Assembly (NCBI GenBank): GCA_021815205.1
Contig: JAKAHD010000002.1
Location: 45,538-109,537 of the forward strand
Direction of reading: 5' to 3'
DNA: 64,000 bases
DNA from: a bacterium
GTDB lineage: Bacteria > Patescibacteriota > Minisyncoccia > UBA6257 > GWB1-50-10
Positions 56,970 through 64,000 of the stretch are shown here, piece by piece. The notes beneath the pieces were generated by a model, which was not told the origin of the DNA, made no database searches, and saw only the letters and a list, made by a program, of their open reading frames with translations. The position numbers were made by a program, and so were the translations under genes. Positions within the stretch are counted from its first letter, which is position 1; each line of letters starts with the position of its first letter.

Positions 56970-56996
56970 AAAAACCTCGCATAAGACGAGGTTTTT
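56970..56996. terminator. Bidirectional intrinsic terminator
   Basis: AAAAACCTCG-CATAAGA-CGAGGTTTTT between convergent genes. Confidence 0.7.
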
Positions 56997-57018
56997 CTGT
57001 GATTAATGTTCAGATTTT

Positions 57019-57366
57019 TCAGATGCTCAAGGCGATCTGAATTAATCCCTTCGACACCTTTTTTCGGTCTTCCGGGCCAAGTGACTCTCCCGTGGGAATC
57101 ACATCGCTCACCATAAGGATGGTAAGAGCTCGTATTCCATACAGTGCCGCGCGGGTGTAGAGCTCTGCGCTTTCCATTTCAACAGCAAGGACCCCGTATT
57201 TCGTCCAAAGCTTCCACTCGTCCGGATATTCATCGTCGTAGAAGAAATCCGTTGCGAGGATGTTGCCGACTCGGATGGGAATAGTACCCCTTTCTCTGTA
57301 TCCGAGGGAAGAGGAAGAAGGGAGATAATATCGGAAATGGGAGACGTCGAAAAACTTACGGAGCTT
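57019..57366 (-). pseudogene. deoD: C-terminal fragment of a DeoD-type purine nucleoside phosphorylase
   Basis: VGNI.ATD.FY, GVLAVEMESAELY, ALTIL.VSD; N-terminal half missing, insertion at 57367-57556. Confidence 0.8.
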
Positions 57367-57556
57367 GTGGAGCCCTACGGCTTTACCCCCACACCATGGG
57401 CTCATGATGTGGGGGGTTTACACCCGTGGCACCGCTCCACACGCTTCGTCAGGCGAAACCCTCCGAAGCGATCCTTCTTCGCCAAAGGCTACGAAGGATA
57501 CCCTCCTTTGCATTCATCCATGGGCTTACACCCGTGGTTTTCTGCGAAGGAGGGTA
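57367..57556 (+). mobile_element. Non-autonomous IS200/IS605-like remnant (second copy)
   Basis: Homologous to 16022-16249. Confidence 0.65.
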
Positions 57557-57635
57557 AAAAAGTTTCGTGATGACCTGAACTGAAAGCGGTTCCATAATTT
57601 TTGACCGGAGATTTTGAAAATATGATTTCTGCCCC

Positions 57636-57661
57636 AGGTGCTATGCTATAGCATAGCACCT
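57636..57661. repeat. 26-bp perfect palindrome (24-bp core family)
   Basis: AGGTGCTATGCTATAGCATAGCACCT. Confidence 0.9.
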
Positions 57662-57662
57662 A

Positions 57663-58224
57663 ATGTATTTCAATACCTGTAGACATTGTTATCCTCTCTC
57701 CTGCGAAAGTGCGGGAGAAGATCGGGAAAGAAATAAGAAGGGGGACAAAGGGTTACCCATGTTACTTTCTCGTTGATAACACAAAGCTCATTCCGCATCT
57801 GAGTTTGTGGCATGTACGGATGAGGGAGAAGGATATCAAAGTGCTTTCTGAGGAATTGAAGAAGCTGCTAAGAAAGCAAAATTCGATTGTCATACGCGCT
57901 CCGAGGTTTGAGGTCTCGAAGCGGAGCAACATAGTCAGTTTCGCGGTTCAGGGCTCTCAATCACTTTCCTCGCTTCAATTGCTCGGGTTGTGGAAAGGGG
58001 AGACGCTCAAAGAAGCAAGGAAGTACGGCCGACCGTTCCGGTTTGATCCGTACTTCACAATGGGGGTAATGAGGCGGCGCGAAGACACACTCACGGTGGA
58101 AAAGAATATGCAAGGAGTGAGATTCCAATTCGCCGCGAACGAGATTTACATTTGCGAGGTAAATCGCTGGTGGCAAGTGACGAGGATGATAAAAAAGATA
58201 ACGTTTGGAAAAAGTTATAAGTAG
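57663..58224 (+). pseudogene. 2H-phosphoesterase (2'-5' RNA ligase-like) gene, probably degraded
   Basis: PHLSL first motif; second motif reads PYFTM (His lost); ATG at 57663 is out of frame by one base with ISIPVDIVIL.. Confidence 0.55.
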
Positions 58225-58245
58225 GTAGTATCGAGTAATTGGTGA

Positions 58246-58271
58246 GGGTGTTATGACGCGTCATAACACCC
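58246..58271. repeat. 26-bp perfect palindrome (24-bp core family variant)
   Basis: GGGTGTTATGACGCGTCATAACACCC. Confidence 0.85.
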
Positions 58272-58490
58272 CAAATTTCTTGCGTGGTACCCCAGTGGTA
58301 AATAGGATGGATAAAAAATATAAGAACCCGGGATTGCTCCTGAGTTCTTTTCGTATCACCTCATAAATAAGCCGCGTATTTGATTTTACATCTTGCGGGA
58401 TGTAGAGTAACGAAACTGGAAGAGTCGCATTGCGCCTCATCGGCGCATCCGCCGCTGAGACGAAAGCAGTAAATAAGATGTACTACAAAA

Positions 58491-58580
58491 GGAGGGGTCG
58501 CATAGCGGTCTAGTGCGCAGTCCTGGAAAGACTGTATACCCGAAAGGGTATCGAGGGTTCAAATCCCTCCCCCTCCGCCA
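58491..58580 (+). tRNA. tRNA-Ser(GGA)
   Basis: Acceptor GGAGGGG/CCCCTCC, anticodon arm CAGTC-CTGGAAA-GACTG, long variable arm, GGTTCAAATCC, GCCA end. Confidence 0.97.
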
Positions 58581-58808
58581 ATACACAAACAGGATATCTT
58601 TATGGTATCCTGTTTGTGTATCTTGACGTGCGGATTTGAACGGAACTTTCGCGCCTGCAGGGCAGGATTCAGCGAAAGTCCGTGGCTTCGGAGGAGCAAT
58701 TTCATTTGAGCGAAGCGAATATGTAAATTGCGGAGGAGAAGAAATCCCTCCCCCTCCGCCAATACACAAACAGGATATCTTTATGGTATCCTGTTTGTGT
58801 ATTGGCGG
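58561..58808. repeat. 61-bp direct duplication of the tRNA-Ser 3' end plus hairpin (58561-58621 and 58742-58802)
   Basis: Identical copies at 181-bp period. Confidence 0.9.
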
Positions 58809-59000
58809 TGTCTTCTGGTTAAAATCCGAACCTACTTTGATGAACATCCGGACGAGGAATGAACCGCCCCGCCGCCGCTCGCTTCGCTCGCTGTTCCGCT
58901 TGAGCGTATTTTTGGCTTGGTTGGCGTCTTTTTCATGTTGTACACAACGCGCATGTTTTGACGTTCTCTCGTTTTGGTATAATGATCACTGTACGGGATC

Positions 59001-62000
59001 ATGAACTATACCAATAGGTATTTTGTACTTTCCCTCCTTGGCGCGGTGGCGTTTCTCTTTATTGTCGCATCTCCCGCACACGCGGCGGTTGTGGGCACAT
59101 CAACCGCAATCACCTCGAACGCCCTGAATACCTTGAGCGCGAATACCCGGGCGGCGGTCTTGAATTTGGATCTTAGCGCGAACGGAACGCCGCAGGAGGC
59201 GTTCAACAGTGTTACCGTTACCGTCGCGACCTCGAGCGTCGCCACATCCACTCCGTTTTCCACATCGAGTTTATCCTTTTTGGGCGTTGCGAAGGACGTG
59301 AACGCGAACGGCATCTTTGACGGAACTGACACAGTGCTCGCGACCTCGAGCGTTGCGGGGATTAACGCCACGACCACGGTGAATATCGCTGCGGCAACCT
59401 CAACGCCCGCGAACGGAAATTTCTTTGTGTTTCTTCAGACGAGCGCCACGTCAACCTTCACTGATAACGGCGCTCCGGAAAACGGCGCGGCGGTAGCGCA
59501 AAAATTTGTGGTGCGCATCAGCACTTCGACCGGCGTCGTCGCCTCGTCAACAAACGCGAGTTTGACGGGCGCGACCTCAACCGCGGTATTTACCGCCGAC
59601 ATCCATTCGCAGGCGCCCGTTCCGGGAGCGATCACTCCCCACTTTGATTCTTCGAACAGCACCTACAGTATTTCGAGCAGTGGGGGAGCTGGGGAGCTTG
59701 GTGTGGTGTATGTGTACGCTACTTCGACCGTGGGCGCGACGCCCATCGCCACGAGTTCCGTGAATCAAAGCGGCGTCTTCAGTGCGTCTCTAGGCGCCAC
59801 CTACCGCCCTTCTATCTGGATGGACGCGACCGATGTCGCGGGAAATGCCACGAGCTCCAAGGCGCAATTCAATCTCTCGGCGTACAAGCCCACCGTTACT
59901 TCGCTTGGCGTTTTTACGGATAGAATCATCATGCAGGTAACGAAACCCTTGCGCGGCGACCAGGCGAGCATCTGTTCCAACTATCTCGTGAACGGCGCGG
60001 CGCCGAACTGTTCGAACTCGCCCGGCGCGCCTTATATCGAATTCAGCGGCAATCAGGTTGTTCTAAAGAACCTCTCCTTGTCCGGCACGGCAAGTTTCAG
60101 TGTGAACGGTCTGATACAAGATACGAACGCCGACCAATTCCCGCTTTCATTTTCAACCTCAAGCGTCGCGGTGCAAACCGTATCGGTGCCGACGGTGAGC
60201 GGCGTAACCCCTTCCTCCGGCCAGGCGGGAAATACGGTGACGATTGCCGGAACAAATTTCGGTACCGCGACCGGAACCGTGTACTTCAGCGGCGGCTTTG
60301 ACCCCACGACCGGCCCCAAACAGCCCGTCGAAGCATCCACGACTGCGTGGAGCAACACCTCGATCACCGCGACCGTGCCAACGGGGGCGCAAGGCGGGCC
60401 GGTACAAGTTATTACGTCCGGCGGAATGATGTCGGACGTGAACCAAAACACCTTCTTTGATATTCTCGGAAATGCGTATTTCAAACTTGCGCTCGCGACT
60501 TCGAGCGCTCCTATTGCGACGTCTACCAACATGCGAATCTTTGTAGGCGATAAAAACGGCGAGCATGTGTATTACGCGGGCGACGCCTCGAGTACCAGCT
60601 TTAACGCAACCACCTATGTCTATACTATTCCGAACATTTCAGGAAACGGTTTTGTCTGGGCCTACGACGCGTCGGGAACAAATCTCCCTGCACCGGGAAC
60701 GCAACTGCAATCCGGGACCTCTTCTTCGACTCCACAAACACTCGTGCTCGCGAGTTCCACGCCCTACAGCGTATCAGGCACAATCACACTCGGCACCTCA
60801 TGCATCGCCGCGTATAAAAATCAAAATGTGGCGGTGATGGCAATCCCGCAGGGCGCGAGTGCGGCAATGGGTCCGGGGGGCGTTCAGCCCGCCTTCTTCA
60901 CGACGGACACCGCGTGTCAAACCTCCTATGCGCTCGCTCTCCCCGGGGCCGGCACCTACGACGTGGAGGCGCACCTTCCTCCGTCAACGTCCGCGGGGGG
61001 TCTTCTCGACCCTGCGGGGCAGACGGCGGTGATTACCGGCGGCACGCCAACTGCAACAGCGAACTTTACCTTTACGACCGCGGCTCATTCGATTTATGGC
61101 CGGGTCGTGGGGGGTGATGGCGCTGCGCTTACTGCGGACAAGTACAACAACTTGTGGGTTTTTGCCTATCAGCCGATCGCGGGCGGCCAAGGAGGCGCGG
61201 CGCGCCCCGATACGAGCGGCTATTTCCGGCTCTATGCCGCAGCCGGTGCGTATAAATTGAGTGTGGGCGGACCTGCAATGCCCTCGGGCATTGAACAAGA
61301 CGTACTCGTTACCACAAGCACTTCGTTTGCCGCGGACGCCTCGACGCCGGTCGTCACGATAAAACTTGCGCCGCCTACAAGCTACATTGAAGGGTACGTG
61401 AAAGACGGTGCGAACAACGCTATCGCAAGTGCCGACGTCTTTTCCTATTGCGCAAATGGCCCGGGCGGCGGGCGCGGCACCACCGATTCGCAGGGGTACT
61501 ACAAGATGTTCGTGCCGCCATGCTCGAACTATCATGTGAGCGGATTCTCGCCGCAGTACGGCCAGTTCACCGAGCAGACGGGGATTGCGATCGCGAACGC
61601 CGCGAGCACCGCAACCGTGAACTTTACGCTTTCAAGTTCGGATTTCGTCACGGTGAGCGGTACGGTAAGCAAAAATAGCACGCCGGTCGCGAGTGCAAAC
61701 GTCTGGATTACACAGGGTACCTTTGGAGGAAGTGTTGCCGGCGGCCAGACGGACGCAAACGGCGCATTTTCACTCAAGGTCCGTACAGGCCTTTCGAATC
61801 TGTATGTGCACGCGGCCGTGAACGGACAGGGAGAGCTTGCAAGCGCGGCGCTCGCGAACGGCGGGACGGTTTCAAGCAACCAGACCGGAATCTCCCTCTC
61901 GTCAAGCGTTGCCACACTCACCATTCAATTGAAACCCGGAAATACATTCAGCCAGGTATTCTTAGGCGCCCACAGTGCATCGGGTGGCGGTTATACAAAT

Positions 62001-64000
62001 ACCGCGACGGCGACCTCTACCGATCACGATACCTATCAAATCAGCGTACCCTATGCTCCGGGCGGCACCCTCTACACTATTGACGGCGGGATACCGAACT
62101 TTGGCCCCATTCCAGCAACCTCCACGACGGTTACGGGCAACGCAACGATTATTATTGACCTGAGCTCCATCAACTATTACACCGTTTCGGGGAGTGTCAC
62201 GGGAGATTTTAATGGCGCGTTCGTCTGGGCGGGAGGCGTAAATGGCGGAGGCGGCACGCAGGTGAGCTCCTCAACCGGCGCCTTTTCAATGACGCTCCGG
62301 CAGGGGACGTATGATATCGGTGTGAACAAACCCGGGTATAGCGGATCGCTCCTTGCAAGCCAAAACATTTCCACAACCACGACTGGGTTGAGCTTATCCC
62401 TTACCCAAAGTACAAGCACCTTAAGCGGTACCGTATCCTATAACGGTACGGCGGTGGATGGCGTGCGGGTGTGGGCGGATAACGCGTCAGGCGGCTGGGC
62501 CGGAGGGCAGACAGACGCGAACGGCGCATTCAGCTTGAGCGTTTCCCCTGGTTCGTGGAGAATTCACGCACTTGCGGACGGATATGAGTTGTTGTCTCCG
62601 CTTCTTGTCACGGCTCCCGCGAGCGGACTTTCCTTGAACTTGAGCGCCGTGAATTTCACCCCGGCACAGCAGTTGCAATCCATAAGTCCGAGCGCCGGCG
62701 GCATAGTGCAAACCTCAAGCACGCTTGTGCAAATTCCACAAGGCGCGTTGGGGAGCGGTTCCACCAATGTGCAGCTTTCGGTTGCGGATACCATGAGCAC
62801 GCCGAGCAAGAAAGGCGCAAAAGTCATCGGTAACGGCAAGAATATCAGCGCTTCCTACGCGTCGGGCGCGAGCCAGGGGCAGGCGATTACGACACTTTCG
62901 GGGAACATCACTCTACAGTTCGTGCTGACGAAGGCGGAACTCATCGCGGACGGCATCACCAACTTGACCGCGGCGCAGAAAATGCAGATAGGGTATGACG
63001 ATACGACCTCGAACTCGTGGACCTACATTCCCACAACCGTGACGGCAAGTTCGACGGACGGCACATGGAACACGCTCGAGTCCATCACGCTTTCCGGCAC
63101 GACAAGCCACCTTTCGACGTATGCGCCGGTTTCGCCGACCTCGGGGAGTGCACCCAACACGCCGACCGGTGTCTCTGCTTCGGCTGGCAACGGGCAGGTA
63201 ACACTCTCCTGGGATGCGGTAAGCGGCGCGACAAAGTATGATGTCTATAAACAGAGCGGATCTGAGTATGTGTATCTCGCGCAGACGACATCCCTCTCCT
63301 CTACCGAGACGGGCCTTACAAACGGCACCACCTATTATTACAAAGTTTCTGCATTAGACGACAGCGATAATGAGTCAGCGGCGAGCGCCGCCGTATCCGC
63401 AACTCCGAGCGCGCCGAGCAGTGGCGGCGGCGGAGGAGGAGGAGCCGCTCCCGCGCCCTACTTCACGGTTCAAAATGGCGCATCTTCCGTCTCGAACCCG
63501 GATGTGATGCTCGAGATGTTTGTGCCTTCCGACATCCATACGATGTCCTTTGCAACCTCCTCAAGCGGTTTATCGGCTTCTTCAAGCGTGCCGTATGCCT
63601 CGCAGTACGCATGGAATCTTTGCGGCATTGCGGGAACACCGTGCGCTCCCGGCGTATATACCGTATATGGAAGGTTCTTTACCACGACGGGCGGCCCCGT
63701 CTATGACGCAACGCGATCCGTAACGCTTGTTGCAAGCGCGACAAGCTCTCCCGCCGCGCTTCCTTCGGTCTCTACGCCTGCATCTGCGGGAACCGTTCCC
63801 GCTTCATTCGCGAGCGCATCTGAATTGCAGGCGGTGTTTACCTACCCCTTAATGCGGGGGGTTCGCGGGAACGCAGTAACCCGTCTCCAGGAACTTTTAT
63901 CAGAAGACCGCACGTTATATCCCGAAGGCAGCATCACCGGTTACTTTGGCCCGCTGACCGAACGCGCGGTACAACGATTTCAAAAGAAATACGGAATTGT
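59001..64000 (+). CDS. Very large secreted Ser/Thr-rich surface protein (IPT/TIG, repeated carboxypeptidase-regulatory-like Ig modules, FN3, peptidoglycan-binding domain); truncated by the window end
   Basis: ATG 59001 with signal peptide (..ASPAHA|A); G.TVTI.G.NFG; the same frame reads GYFGPLTERAVQRFQKKYGI at the window end; not in the ORF track because no stop is reached. Confidence 0.85.
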   Translation, partial: MNYTNRYFVLSLLGAVAFLFIVASPAHAAVVGTSTAITSNALNTLSANTRAAVLNLDLSANGTPQEAFNSVTVTVATSSVATSTPFSTSSLSFLGVAKDVNANGIFDGTDTVLATSSVAGINATTTVNIAAATSTPANGNFFVFLQTSATSTFTDNGAPENGAAVAQKFVVRISTSTGVVASSTNASLTGATSTAVFTADIHSQAPVPGAITPHFDSSNSTYSISSSGGAGELGVVYVYATSTVGATPIATSSVNQSGVFSASLGATYRPSIWMDATDVAGNATSSKAQFNLSAYKPTVTSLGVFTDRIIMQVTKPLRGDQASICSNYLVNGAAPNCSNSPGAPYIEFSGNQVVLKNLSLSGTASFSVNGLIQDTNADQFPLSFSTSSVAVQTVSVPTVSGVTPSSGQAGNTVTIAGTNFGTATGTVYFSGGFDPTTGPKQPVEASTTAWSNTSITATVPTGAQGGPVQVITSGGMMSDVNQNTFFDILGNAYFKLALATSSAPIATSTNMRIFVGDKNGEHVYYAGDASSTSFNATTYVYTIPNISGNGFVWAYDASGTNLPAPGTQLQSGTSSSTPQTLVLASSTPYSVSGTITLGTSCIAAYKNQNVAVMAIPQGASAAMGPGGVQPAFFTTDTACQTSYALALPGAGTYDVEAHLPPSTSAGGLLDPAGQTAVITGGTPTATANFTFTTAAHSIYGRVVGGDGAALTADKYNNLWVFAYQPIAGGQGGAARPDTSGYFRLYAAAGAYKLSVGGPAMPSGIEQDVLVTTSTSFAADASTPVVTIKLAPPTSYIEGYVKDGANNAIASADVFSYCANGPGGGRGTTDSQGYYKMFVPPCSNYHVSGFSPQYGQFTEQTGIAIANAASTATVNFTLSSSDFVTVSGTVSKNSTPVASANVWITQGTFGGSVAGGQTDANGAFSLKVRTGLSNLYVHAAVNGQGELASAALANGGTVSSNQTGISLSSSVATLTIQLKPGNTFSQVFLGAHSASGGGYTNTATATSTDHDTYQISVPYAPGGTLYTIDGGIPNFGPIPATSTTVTGNATIIIDLSSINYYTVSGSVTGDFNGAFVWAGGVNGGGGTQVSSSTGAFSMTLRQGTYDIGVNKPGYSGSLLASQNISTTTTGLSLSLTQSTSTLSGTVSYNGTAVDGVRVWADNASGGWAGGQTDANGAFSLSVSPGSWRIHALADGYELLSPLLVTAPASGLSLNLSAVNFTPAQQLQSISPSAGGIVQTSSTLVQIPQGALGSGSTNVQLSVADTMSTPSKKGAKVIGNGKNISASYASGASQGQAITTLSGNITLQFVLTKAELIADGITNLTAAQKMQIGYDDTTSNSWTYIPTTVTASSTDGTWNTLESITLSGTTSHLSTYAPVSPTSGSAPNTPTGVSASAGNGQVTLSWDAVSGATKYDVYKQSGSEYVYLAQTTSLSSTETGLTNGTTYYYKVSALDDSDNESAASAAVSATPSAPSSGGGGGGGAAPAPYFTVQNGASSVSNPDVMLEMFVPSDIHTMSFATSSSGLSASSSVPYASQYAWNLCGIAGTPCAPGVYTVYGRFFTTTGGPVYDATRSVTLVASATSSPAALPSVSTPASAGTVPASFASASELQAVFTYPLMRGVRGNAVTRLQELLSEDRTLYPEGSITGYFGPLTERAVQRFQKKYGI

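Noticed and set aside
58561-58802. attL/attR of an integrated prophage or island
   Set aside because: Only 120 bp lie between the repeats and there is no integrase nearby.

Overview
Bacterial chromosomal segment in genetic code 11 (TGA is used as a stop). Gene content, reduced ribosomal proteins, the general lack of Shine-Dalgarno motifs and several characteristic protein families suggest a Patescibacteria/CPR (Parcubacteria-like) genome; this taxonomy is inference. The core content is the infA-rpmJ-rpsM-rpsK-rpsD-rpoA-rplQ-rplM-rpsI cluster, two mreB paralogs with mreCD-mrdA, proS/lysS/serS, hrcA-grpE-dnaK-dnaJ and groES-groEL (both with CIRCE operators), xseAB, mgtA, nfo, parA/parB, rel, thyA-folA, lemA-htpX, tRNA-Leu(CAA), tRNA-Ser(GGA) and a >1660-aa surface protein that runs off the end. 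The most unusual signal is non-coding: (1) about 20 gene-free foldback elements built from short tandem sub-repeats, placed between stop and start codons inside operons; (2) a 121-nt tRNA-shaped RNA without an anticodon loop, with its own promoter and terminator; (3) a family of 24-bp palindromes with compensatory changes that brackets accessory genes; (4) a PaaX/Cas2-like gene flanked by two identical perfect palindromes; (5) several miniature insertion-element families with 4-bp target duplications, some nested and some inside genes. All calls come from reading the sequence; no database searches were run.
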